A DNA stretch of 37,933 bases from positions 1 through 37,933 of the forward strand of contig CAZHFS010000001.1 of NCBI GenBank assembly GCA_964531885.1, given 5' to 3'. Numbering within the stretch: position 1 is the stretch's first letter; each line of letters opens with the position of its first letter. Source of the DNA: an uncultured Propionivibrio sp. GTDB taxonomy: Bacteria > Pseudomonadota > Gammaproteobacteria > Burkholderiales > Rhodocyclaceae. Positions 10,150 to 18,658 of the stretch are shown piece by piece. The notes under the pieces were generated by a model, which did no database searches, was not told the origin of the DNA, and saw only the letters and a program-made list of their open reading frames with translations. The position numbers were made by a program, and so were the translations under genes.

Positions 10150-10878
10150 TCAGCCCTTGAGGAAGAACGCCATTTTGATCCCGCCCAGCTCGATCACGTC
10201 GTGATCCTTGAGCGCGTGCGCCTGGGCATCGATCGCCACCCCATTGACCACCGGGAATTGTGCCCCTTCGACATGCGTGATGAAGTACCCCTGGGGGCGA
10301 CGCGCGATCACGGCAACCTGCACCCCAGGCTTGCCCAGAGTCGTCAGTGTTTTGGTCAATTCCAATTCACGCCCAGCATTCGTGCCGTTGAGCACCTGGA
10401 GCGCCGCCAGCGGCTGTGTTGGCGTGGCCGAGGGCGAAACCGCGGGTTTCGCCTCGGCGCGCGGAGCCGCAAGAGGCTCTTCCAGCCGGCCCGAAGGTGC
10501 AGGCGCTGGCTCGGCTGCGGGCGCAGGACGCACGCCCCCCGGGCGCAGAATCATCGTTTTCTCGAAGTCCGACGCATCCTGCGGCACAGCGTGCTCACCA
10601 ATGTACTTGAGCTTGTATTTCCCAAGCTCGACGACATCGTTGTTCTTGAGGAAGTGTTTCTTGATCGGCTGCCCATTAACCAAAGTGCCGTTCGTGCTGT
10701 TCAGATCCTCAAGGAAGGAGTCGTTGAGAATTGTCACGACGGCGGCATGCTCGCCGCTGATGGCCAGATTATCGATCTGGATGTCGTTGTTCGGGCGACG
10801 ACCGATGGTCATCCGTTCCTTGACGAGCGGAATCTCCTTGAGAACGAGCCCGTCCATACTGAGTATCAGTTTTGCCAT
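10150..10878 (-). CDS. FHA domain protein (N-terminal FHA, Pro/Ala linker, degenerate C-terminal FHA)
   Basis: IGRRPNNDI...SGEHA...DLNSTNGTLVNG; second FHA-like unit ending LKDHDVIELGG. Confidence 0.9.
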   Translation of the reverse strand: MAKLILSMDGLVLKEIPLVKERMTIGRRPNNDIQIDNLAISGEHAAVVTILNDSFLEDLNSTNGTLVNGQPIKKHFLKNNDVVELGKYKLKYIGEHAVPQDASDFEKTMILRPGGVRPAPAAEPAPAPSGRLEEPLAAPRAEAKPAVSPSATPTQPLAALQVLNGTNAGRELELTKTLTTLGKPGVQVAVIARRPQGYFITHVEGAQFPVVNGVAIDAQAHALKDHDVIELGGIKMAFFLKG

Positions 10879-10905
10879 TGCCTTCCCGTCCTTTTCGCCT
10901 TGTTG

Positions 10906-11736
10906 TTATGCGAACCGATCCCTGAATGCCGACCACCAACCGCGTGCCGCAGGAAATGCGCTATGCACACGGACCAGAATGAGCGAGACATTATCACGCC
11001 CGCCGTTATCATTTGCCATCTGCACCAGATGGGTTGCCGCAAGTTCGAGATTGACGCCAAAGGCATCAAGCGCCAGAGCGATATCCTCATCCGAAACCAT
11101 ATCGTTCAGCCCGTCCGAGCACAGCAGATACATATCGCCAGGCAAAACAGCAAATTCAGCGATCTCGGGCTCAACCACCGGATCGACCCCCAAAGCGCGG
11201 GTCACCAGATTCTTATGCAAGGAAAAGCGCGCCTCTTCGGCCGATAGCAAGCCGCTGTCGATCTGTTCCTGGAGCAGCGAGTGATCTCGCGTTAGCTGCT
11301 GCAATTCACCATCCCGCATCCGGTAAAGACGGGAGTCGCCGACATGCGCGACCGCCACACGGTCGTCAAAAAACAGTGCCGCGACCAGGGTCGTCCCCAT
11401 CCCGGCATACTGCGTGTGCGCCTGCGCCGCTTCAAATATCGCCGCATTGGCATCAATGATCGCATCGTGCAAGCAGCGCAGGGCAAATGCCCCGTGCCCC
11501 GGCCCGTCCGACGCTTCGGGTGGCCGCCCGGTCAGCGCCGCCTCGACTTCGGCACTAAAGCGGGTAGTGGCCATGCCGCTCGCCACCTCACCGGCGTTGT
11601 AGCCGCCCATGCCGTCGGCCAGAACCACGCAGCCAAGATTCGGATTGGCAAATACGGCATCTTCGTTATGCTCCCGGACCAGCCCCGGATCGGTACGCAT
11701 GACGACTTCCAGCGCAGAACCCAAACTGCTGCTCAC
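10906..11736 (-). CDS. PP2C (Stp1/PrpC-type) Ser/Thr protein phosphatase
   Basis: REHNEDA, LADGMGG, MGTT, HVGDSRLY, LCSDGL, GGRDNVS. Likely GTG start at 11736 after a purine-rich RBS; the ORF track extends to 11814. Confidence 0.92.
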   Translation of the reverse strand: MSSSLGSALEVVMRTDPGLVREHNEDAVFANPNLGCVVLADGMGGYNAGEVASGMATTRFSAEVEAALTGRPPEASDGPGHGAFALRCLHDAIIDANAAIFEAAQAHTQYAGMGTTLVAALFFDDRVAVAHVGDSRLYRMRDGELQQLTRDHSLLQEQIDSGLLSAEEARFSLHKNLVTRALGVDPVVEPEIAEFAVLPGDMYLLCSDGLNDMVSDEDIALALDAFGVNLELAATHLVQMANDNGGRDNVSLILVRVHSAFPAARGWWSAFRDRFA

Positions 11737-11815
11737 AACGCCCCCTTTCCGCTCGTTCGCGAATGACGCAGGATCCACTTGCATTGAGCCATGGTGGTGA
11801 AACGCCACATGCATC

Positions 11816-11837
11816 CTTCACAGACTAGCCTGTGAAG
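11816..11837. promoter_or_regulatory. Perfect 8-bp inverted repeat upstream of the signalling operon
   Basis: CTTCACAG-actagc-CTGTGAAG between the OCD-family stop and the PP2C start; no U-tract. Confidence 0.35.
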
Positions 11838-11871
11838 CCCCTCTCCGGCAACCCGGGAACGCAACGGCATG

Positions 11872-12831
11872 TCATCCGCCGTAGGGGAGTTCGACGCCAA
11901 GGCCGCGCGCCCGGGCCCGAGCCTCAAGCCGAACAGCCAGCGCCAGGTCCTGAACGGCCAGCCCCTGCGACTCGAACAGGGTAATGTCATCGGCTTGGCG
12001 ACGCCCGGGTATACGCCCGATCAGAACGTCGCCTAGCTCGACCAATTGGCGCTCGGCCAGGCGCCCTTTCTCCAGCAAGGGCAACAAATCCCCGGCCTCC
12101 TTGAGTGCCGTCGCCACCGTATCGACAACGACCGGCTGGCAAAGGCGCACCACATCTTCGCCGATCTCGCGACGGATTAGTGCGTTCGAACCGGCAGCAT
12201 TGATGTGCGTACCGGGCTCGAGCCAGGCGGCTTCAAAAAGCGGGCTGACGGCGGTGGTCACCGTGCTGACGATCCGGCTCCCGCGCACCGTCGCCTCGGG
12301 GCTGGCACAGGGAGTAACAGGCACCCGTAGGCGTTCGCTCATGCGCTCACAAAAGCTCCCCAGACGTTCTGCGTTACGTGCATGCACCTTGACCTCACGC
12401 AGGGAACGCACTGCCGCAATGGCCTCGAGATGCCCTTCGGCCTGCCAGCCGGAGCCGAACAGCCCCAGCACATCAGCATCTTCGTTCGCCAGCAGGCGCG
12501 TTGCCAGGCCGGAAGCCGCTGCCGTGCGCATCATGCCCAGTCGGTCTGCGGCGATGACCGCACGCAACGCGCCCGACGAGGCGGAGAAGAGGTGGACCAG
12601 AAATCGAGCGCCTTGTCGGCTCGTCGTATACGCCTTGTAACCGAACGCATCCTCCTCCGGCAAAGCGCCTTGCAAAATATGCAAGGCGGCCTGGGGAAGG
12701 CGGGTACGCTGGCGCGCCACATCGACCCCGCCGCCTTGCGAGAGCTGGCGATGCGCCGCCTCAACCGCATCCAGTGCCAGGGGCATGTCGATCAGTTCAG
12801 CAACCGTTTGCTCATCGAGATACAAAGCCAT
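11872..12831 (-). CDS. Ornithine cyclodeaminase / mu-crystallin family protein
   Basis: MRTAAASGLA, GLFGSGWQA (NAD binding), GTHINAAGSN, FESQGLAVQD. Start MALYLDE at 12831. Confidence 0.9.
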   Translation of the reverse strand: MALYLDEQTVAELIDMPLALDAVEAAHRQLSQGGGVDVARQRTRLPQAALHILQGALPEEDAFGYKAYTTSRQGARFLVHLFSASSGALRAVIAADRLGMMRTAAASGLATRLLANEDADVLGLFGSGWQAEGHLEAIAAVRSLREVKVHARNAERLGSFCERMSERLRVPVTPCASPEATVRGSRIVSTVTTAVSPLFEAAWLEPGTHINAAGSNALIRREIGEDVVRLCQPVVVDTVATALKEAGDLLPLLEKGRLAERQLVELGDVLIGRIPGRRQADDITLFESQGLAVQDLALAVRLEARARARGLGVELPYGG

Positions 12832-12977
12832 GCACAATCTCCAGAATAGAACTGCGGCAAAATCGCTATTCTAGCGACTGAGCATGCCATCGGCACCTAT
12901 CGCAGATGGCGAACTGGCAATGACCCCGTTCGATTCGCTACCATTCCAACCATAACGCACTCACCGACCCGACCACC

Positions 12978-14174
12978 ATGTTGCCCAAACCAATTGCCTG
13001 TCTTGCTCTGGCCGCGCCAGCGCTGCTGCTCTTTACCGATGCCCATGCGGTGCAATGGCAAAGCGTGCGTAAAAAAACTGATGTGCAGGTGGAATACGAC
13101 AAAGCCAGCCTCCTTCGACCAGCCAAGGACACCGTCCGTGTCTGGGCTCGTACCACCTATACCAACCCACAGTTGCTCGACTCCGGTGCATTCACCTACC
13201 GCCGCCAGCTTGTCTTGCTCGAGTTCGACTGCGTCAAGCGCCAATTCGCGATATCAAGCACCCGCTACGAAGCCGCCGATGGATCGTTGCTATCCAGTGA
13301 AACCAGCGACGGAAACGATTTCGCCGCGGTAGCGCCAGAATCCAACGTCGAAAGCATTCTGCGCGCGGTCTGCGCCCCACCTCCCAAACCAGCAGAACCG
13401 CCGCCTCCACCCCCTCCGCCTCCTCCGCCCGAGGAACCCAAGGAGCCAGTCAAAAAAGGGAAGAAAACGGCACCGCCACCACCGCCACCACCGCCTCCGG
13501 CCTGGAGCTACTCAGGTGAAAGCGGCCCGGTGCGCTGGGGCAGCTTGAGCCATCTCTACGCCGCCTGCAGCCTTGGTCAGCAGCAATCACCCATCGACCT
13601 CAGAAAGACCGTCCACGCCGACCTGCCTGACATCGAATTCGCCTATGCCCCGACAGCACTGCGCATCGAGGATACCGGGCACACGGTCAAGGTCGACACT
13701 CAGTCTGCCGGCCACATGGTGATTGAGGGTGCGCGCTACGAGCTGAAAAGCCTTCACTTTCACCGGCCGAGCGAAGAAAAAATCGACGGCAAAGCGTACG
13801 CCATGTCCGTGCACCTCGTGCACCAGGATCAGGAAGGACGCCTGGCCGTCGTCGCTGTACTCATCGAGGCTGGAAAGAAGGAGCACCCGCTGATTCGCAC
13901 CCTGTGGAACAATCTGCCGCTGGAGAAGGGAAAAGCCGTCAGCCCCGCCGAGGTACGCATCGATCCCTCGCTCATCCTGCCCAAGAAGCGCACCTACTAC
14001 ACCTTCATGGGATCGCTGACGACCCCTCCGTGCACGGAAGGGGTTCGCTGGCTGGTCCTCAAAACACCGATCCAGCTCTCGAAAGAGCAACTGGCCGGGT
14101 TTGCCACGCTATACAAAAACAACGCCCGTCCGACGCAACCGACCAACGGGCGGGCCATCAAAGAGTCACGCTGA
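12978..14174 (+). CDS. Exported alpha-carbonic anhydrase with extra N-terminal domain and poly-Pro linker
   Basis: Signal peptide (AHA-V); WSYSG, QQSPID, HFH...SVHLVH Zn ligands, GSLTTPPCTEGVRW. Confidence 0.9.
   Translation: MLPKPIACLALAAPALLLFTDAHAVQWQSVRKKTDVQVEYDKASLLRPAKDTVRVWARTTYTNPQLLDSGAFTYRRQLVLLEFDCVKRQFAISSTRYEAADGSLLSSETSDGNDFAAVAPESNVESILRAVCAPPPKPAEPPPPPPPPPPPEEPKEPVKKGKKTAPPPPPPPPPAWSYSGESGPVRWGSLSHLYAACSLGQQQSPIDLRKTVHADLPDIEFAYAPTALRIEDTGHTVKVDTQSAGHMVIEGARYELKSLHFHRPSEEKIDGKAYAMSVHLVHQDQEGRLAVVAVLIEAGKKEHPLIRTLWNNLPLEKGKAVSPAEVRIDPSLILPKKRTYYTFMGSLTTPPCTEGVRWLVLKTPIQLSKEQLAGFATLYKNNARPTQPTNGRAIKESR
13375..13500 (+). repeat. Low-complexity poly-proline coding tracts
   Basis: Two long CCN runs separated by EEPKEPVKKGKKTA. 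Confidence 0.85.
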
Positions 14175-14231
14175 ACGCCTCGCAGCCATACGCACAGCCA
14201 CAGGGCCGTGGATATGGCTGCGGATCGTTCA
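14172..14231. terminator. Long hairpin between convergent carbonic anhydrase and M20 genes
   Basis: CGCAGCCATA (14181-14190) pairs with TATGGCTGCG (14213-14222); outer TGAACG/CGTTCA; inner CCAC/GTGG; no U-tract. Confidence 0.45.
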
Positions 14232-14244
14232 ACGCGAGCGGCGT

Positions 14245-15564
14245 TTAGCGCGACGGCCGTTTGGCAAGAACGGGCTGTGTTACCCCATCGACACCAACCA
14301 GCGTGAGGATGGTCAGCAAGGTCTTTTGCACCCCCAGATAGGCGTCCTTCGCGTCGTACCATTCTTCGAGCGAATGCGAGGCCCCACTCACCCCGCCACG
14401 ACCGATCGCCAGCGCCGGCACACCGAGGCTGATCGGCAGGTTGGCATCGGTACTGGCAGGCCCGGTCAATACGGGTTTTAGCCCGATGGACTGGATTGCC
14501 AGCATTTCGCTCTGAATGATCGGGGCGTCGGCCGGCTGCATTCCCGCAGGACGCGCGCCGACGGGCTCGATGCTCACCGACAGCTTATCGCTGTTCCACC
14601 GAGCATTCTCCTCGGCCACGGCGGCATGCACAGCCTGCATCGCCTGTGCTTCAAAAGCCTGTAGCGGCCCCATGTCCACGCCACGCATATCGAGCTCAAA
14701 AACCGCATCCCCGGCAATCGAATTGACCGAAGTTCCCCCTGCGACCGTACCAACCGTGAAGGTCGTCTTGGGTTGCGCCGGCGTACGCAGGTCGGCGATC
14801 TTGGCGATCGCGCGCCCCATGGCATGAATCGCCGATGGCAGTCCGAAGGCTCCATAACTGTGTCCGCCCGGACCGCTGAACTTGACGCGATAGCGCTTGC
14901 TGCCTGCCGCGAGGTAAGTGATGTTCTCGGGACGAGAGGAATCGATCGACAGGAAACCGTCGAGATCCTTATGTTCGTTGAACAAGGCGCGCACCCCGCG
15001 CAAATCCCCCAAGCCCTCTTCGCCGACCGTGCCGACAAACCAGATCTCTCCGACCGTAGCGATTTTCGCCCGCTCCAGGGCTCGCGCGAGGCCGAGCAAC
15101 TCGACCAGACCGCGGGTATCGTCGCCGATCCCTGGCGCATAGAGCCGACCGTCCTTCTCCTTGATCGTCAAATCGGTTTTCGCCGGGAACACCGTATCCA
15201 GATGCGCCGAGACAACCAGTTTCGGCCCATTCCCGCGCCCGGCGCGCCGGGCAATGACATTACCCTCCTTGTCGATGTAGGCCTGCGCAAATCCTTGGGC
15301 CTTCAGGCGGCGCAGAAAATCCTCGGCGCGCACCTGTTCCTTGAACGGCGGCGAAGGAATCACCGTGATGGCTTTCTGCTCGGCCAGCGTGTTTGCCTCG
15401 TCGGCCTTGATGAAGGCCAGCGCCTCCTTGACCTGCGGCTGGGCGGACACGGCCTCAAATGTCCTGCGGATTTCCGGTGCGATGGCCGGCTCATTGGCGA
15501 AGGCCTGCCACGCCAGAAACAGCGCAGCAACGCCGGTGAGATATCTGAACTGTCTGAACCGCAT
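14245..15564 (-). CDS. Exported M20/M25/M40 family metallopeptidase
   Basis: Signal peptide MRFRQFRYLTGVAALFLAWQAFA from ATG 15564 (GGAGG RBS); SAHLDTV, IGDD, VGEEG, GGHS, STDAN, SHS motifs. Confidence 0.88.
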   Translation of the reverse strand: MRFRQFRYLTGVAALFLAWQAFANEPAIAPEIRRTFEAVSAQPQVKEALAFIKADEANTLAEQKAITVIPSPPFKEQVRAEDFLRRLKAQGFAQAYIDKEGNVIARRAGRGNGPKLVVSAHLDTVFPAKTDLTIKEKDGRLYAPGIGDDTRGLVELLGLARALERAKIATVGEIWFVGTVGEEGLGDLRGVRALFNEHKDLDGFLSIDSSRPENITYLAAGSKRYRVKFSGPGGHSYGAFGLPSAIHAMGRAIAKIADLRTPAQPKTTFTVGTVAGGTSVNSIAGDAVFELDMRGVDMGPLQAFEAQAMQAVHAAVAEENARWNSDKLSVSIEPVGARPAGMQPADAPIIQSEMLAIQSIGLKPVLTGPASTDANLPISLGVPALAIGRGGVSGASHSLEEWYDAKDAYLGVQKTLLTILTLVGVDGVTQPVLAKRPSR

Positions 15565-15710
15565 GATGCCCTCCCTGAAGTTTTTGGTTGATGGATCAGC
15601 TTGTCGCGACGTGCCTCTCGGCAAGTCTACTCCCCGCACCGCACCGGAACATCTCTTTTCACAGATAGAAAACACCGTAAAGATATTTACTGTCGCTCCG
15701 CGAGCACACC

Positions 15711-15749
15711 AAAAGAAAACGCCGGAGGCAATGCCTCCGGCGTTTTCTT
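15711..15749 (-). terminator. Intrinsic terminator downstream of sucD
   Basis: Perfect 18-bp inverted repeat AAGAAAACGCCGGAGGCA-a-TGCCTCCGGCGTTTTCTT with U-rich tail on the minus strand, 16 nt after the sucD stop. Confidence 0.88.
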
Positions 15750-15765
15750 CCCTGCGCAGAATGGC

Positions 15766-16659
15766 TTAGAGGAGGGACTTGAGCAAACGCCCCATCTCGG
15801 ACGGGTTGCGCGTCACCTTGAAGCCACACTCTTCCATGATCGCCAGCTTGGCATCCGCAGTATCGGCGCCACCTGAAATCAGCGCACCAGCATGCCCCAT
15901 ACGCTTACCGGCAGGCGCAGTCACCCCGGCGATGAAGCCGACGACCGGCTTCTTCATGTTGTCCTTGCACCACAGGGCGGCTTCAGCCTCGTCCGGGCCA
16001 CCGATTTCGCCGATCATGATGACGGCGTCGGTATCGGGATCGTCGTTGAAGCGCTTCATGACATCGATGTGCTTGAGACCGTTGATCGGATCCCCGCCGA
16101 TGCCCACCGCCGACGACTGGCCGAGGCCGATTTCGGTCAACTGCGCGACGGCTTCGTAGGTCAGCGTTCCGGAACGCGAGACCACGCCGATCCGCCCTTT
16201 GCGGTGGATGTGTCCGGGCATGATGCCGATCTTGATTTCATCGGGGGTGATCAGGCCGGGGCAGTTCGGGCCGAGCAGCAGGGTTTCCTTGCCGCCCGCA
16301 GCAACCTTGGCCTTCATCTTGTTGCGCACCATGAGCATGTCGCGCACCGGGATGCCTTCGGTGATGCAGATGACGAGGTCAAGTTCGGCCTCGACGGCTT
16401 CCCAGATCGCATCGGCAGCGCCTGCCGGCGGCACGTAGATGACCGAGACGGTCGCGCCGGTTTGCGCCGCAGCGTCCTTGACCGACGCGTAGATCGGAAT
16501 ATCGAAAATCTTCTCGCCGGCTTTTTTCGGGTTCACGCCGGCAACAAAACAGTTCTTGCCGTTGGCGTACTCCTGGCACTTCTCGGTATGGAACTGACCG
16601 GTCTTGCCGGTGATCCCCTGGGTGATGACCTTGGTATCTTTATTGATGAGGATGGACAT
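15766..16659 (-). CDS. sucD: Succinyl-CoA synthetase alpha subunit
   Basis: VITQGITG, GPNCPG, SRSGTLTYE, RMGHAGA (phospho-His). Confidence 0.98.
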   Translation of the reverse strand: MSILINKDTKVITQGITGKTGQFHTEKCQEYANGKNCFVAGVNPKKAGEKIFDIPIYASVKDAAAQTGATVSVIYVPPAGAADAIWEAVEAELDLVICITEGIPVRDMLMVRNKMKAKVAAGGKETLLLGPNCPGLITPDEIKIGIMPGHIHRKGRIGVVSRSGTLTYEAVAQLTEIGLGQSSAVGIGGDPINGLKHIDVMKRFNDDPDTDAVIMIGEIGGPDEAEAALWCKDNMKKPVVGFIAGVTAPAGKRMGHAGALISGGADTADAKLAIMEECGFKVTRNPSEMGRLLKSLL

Positions 16660-16670
16660 TCAATAACTCC

Positions 16671-17831
16671 TTACTTGACCGCGTCGACGATCTTCTGGGC
16701 CGCTTCGGCCATGGTATCGGCGGAAATGATCGGCAGACCGGACTCACGCAGGATCTGCTTGCCCAATTCCTCGTTGGTGCCCTTCATGCGGACGACCAGC
16801 GGAACCGACAGGTGCGTTTCGCGCGCCGCGGCAACCACGCCATTGGCAATCGTGTCGCAGCGCATGATGCCGCCAAAGATATTGACCAGGATGCCCTTGA
16901 CCTTCGGGTTCTTGAGCATGATCTTGAAGGCCTCGGTGACCTTCTCGGTCGTCGCGCCGCCACCCACGTCAAGGAAATTCGCCGGTTCGGCACCGAACAG
17001 CTTGATGGTATCCATGGTGGCCATGGCCAGACCGGCACCGTTAACCAGGCAACCGATGTTACCGTCGAGCGAAATGTAGGCGAGGTCGAACTTGGAAGCT
17101 TCGATTTCGTCCGGATCTTCCTCGTCAAAGTCACGCATGGCCTGGATTTCCGGCTGACGGTAAAGCGCGTTCGAGTCGAAAACGAACTTGGCATCGATGG
17201 CCTTGATCGCACCGTCGCCCTCGAGGATCAGCGGATTGATTTCGGCGAGCGAGGCATCGGTCTCCATATAGCAGGTGTACAGCCCCTTGAACGCCGCCAC
17301 GGCACGCTCGATCGAACCGGCCGGAATGCCGATTCCTTGCGCCAGTTCAAGCGCCTGCGCATCGGTCAGACCGGTCGCCGGGTCGATGAAAACCTTGAGG
17401 ATTTTTTCGGGTGTAGCGTGCGCCACTTCCTCGATGTCCATGCCGCCTTCCGACGAAGCCATCATCACCACCTTCTGGGAAGCGCGGTCGGTCAGCGCAG
17501 CAACGTAGTACTCCTTCTTGATGTCGACGCCTTCGGCGATCAGCAGGCGGCGAACCTTTTGCCCCTGTGGCCCCGTCTGGTGGGTCACCAGTTGCATGCC
17601 AAGAATGTTGTTGGCGTGGGTGCGCACATCGTCAAGCGAGCGCGCCAGCTTGACGCCGCCGCCTTTGCCGCGACCGCCTGCGTGAATCTGGGCCTTGACG
17701 ACCCAGATATCACCACCCAGCGTCTGTGCCGCTTTTACAGCGTCATCGACCGACTGACAAAAGATTCCGCGCGGCACAACCACGCCATATTTCTGCAGCA
17801 GCTCTTTTCCCTGATATTCATGAATTTTCAT
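16671..17831 (-). CDS. sucC: Succinyl-CoA synthetase beta subunit
   Basis: [45 protein letters not shown]. Confidence 0.98.
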   Translation of the reverse strand: MKIHEYQGKELLQKYGVVVPRGIFCQSVDDAVKAAQTLGGDIWVVKAQIHAGGRGKGGGVKLARSLDDVRTHANNILGMQLVTHQTGPQGQKVRRLLIAEGVDIKKEYYVAALTDRASQKVVMMASSEGGMDIEEVAHATPEKILKVFIDPATGLTDAQALELAQGIGIPAGSIERAVAAFKGLYTCYMETDASLAEINPLILEGDGAIKAIDAKFVFDSNALYRQPEIQAMRDFDEEDPDEIEASKFDLAYISLDGNIGCLVNGAGLAMATMDTIKLFGAEPANFLDVGGGATTEKVTEAFKIMLKNPKVKGILVNIFGGIMRCDTIANGVVAAARETHLSVPLVVRMKGTNEELGKQILRESGLPIISADTMAEAAQKIVDAVK

Positions 17832-17881
17832 GCGCCATCCTTGTTTGGAATGAAGTGACGTAGTGCGGGCAGTTCAAGCCC

Positions 17882-18433
17882 CTACCCCGGGCTTTGGTCA
17901 CGGTACCAGCGCGGATAGTAGCGCTGTACTGCGTCCGAATCGGAAACCAGCGCATGGCAACGGTCAAGCTGATAAGGCTTGCCGCCACGATCATCGTCTT
18001 CACGAATCTCGCTGGCAAAAGTCTGAAGTGCAGCAGTCGGCAGGAACATCAGCAACTCGCTCAGATGCGCGCAGCCATGGGTTCCGCCAAGAAGTTCACG
18101 AACCGCCTTGCGGAATCCGCGAAAGAGGTTAAGGCCGACGATGCGCCGATAAGCCGGCGCAATGGTGTCGCAATACCCTGGATACGGTGTGGCATCCGAA
18201 CATGCCTCAGCCGCCAGAATGTTCATTTCGGCATCGATGGTGACACGAACCCACAGATCGTGGACCGCCTCCCCGGGCCGACGCAGGCCGGAGGCCAAGG
18301 GATATTCTCTGTCCTTGACATCGACGAGGCGCGCTTCAATGTCCCACATCCCGTCGACGCGCTTAAATCCGTCGAGCTGAACGGAGCGTCGATGCAGGCG
18401 TTCACGCGCTGCGCTGGGGGGAGGAAGTGGCAT
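17882..18433 (-). CDS. DUF2889-like hypothetical protein
   Basis: RERLHRR, DGMWDIEARLVD, PYPGYC, GCAHLSEL, LDRCHAL pattern. Start MPLPPP at 18433. Confidence 0.75.
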   Translation of the reverse strand: MPLPPPSAARERLHRRSVQLDGFKRVDGMWDIEARLVDVKDREYPLASGLRRPGEAVHDLWVRVTIDAEMNILAAEACSDATPYPGYCDTIAPAYRRIVGLNLFRGFRKAVRELLGGTHGCAHLSELLMFLPTAALQTFASEIREDDDRGGKPYQLDRCHALVSDSDAVQRYYPRWYRDQSPG

Positions 18434-18658
18434 GATTTCAGGCTGAAGTGGATGGACAAAATCCAACAAGTGAATCTAGCACAACTGAACGTCAAGCATG
18501 AGCGGTCGGGACCTGTGGAAAACCGATATGGTTTTTTGCCACAAGTTACGCGCGTACGGCTGGAATGGATGGATTGGAGCAAGGAATCAAAAAAACGTTC
18601 AATTTTGCTGCACACCTCCTCCACCGCTGGTCAGACCGTAAGATCGCACACCCCCCGT

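Noticed and set aside
10201-11284. Two ORFs of about 350 aa opposite FHA/PP2C
   Set aside because: Antisense shadows with no recognisable domains.
15892-17858. 395-aa and 348-aa plus-strand ORFs opposite sucCD
   Set aside because: Mirror-frame artefacts of strongly codon-biased genes.
18514-18543. TGTGGAAAA (DnaA-box-like) within an imperfect inverted repeat in an AT-richer spacer
   Set aside because: Single imperfect box with no box cluster or unwinding element; not evidence for an origin.
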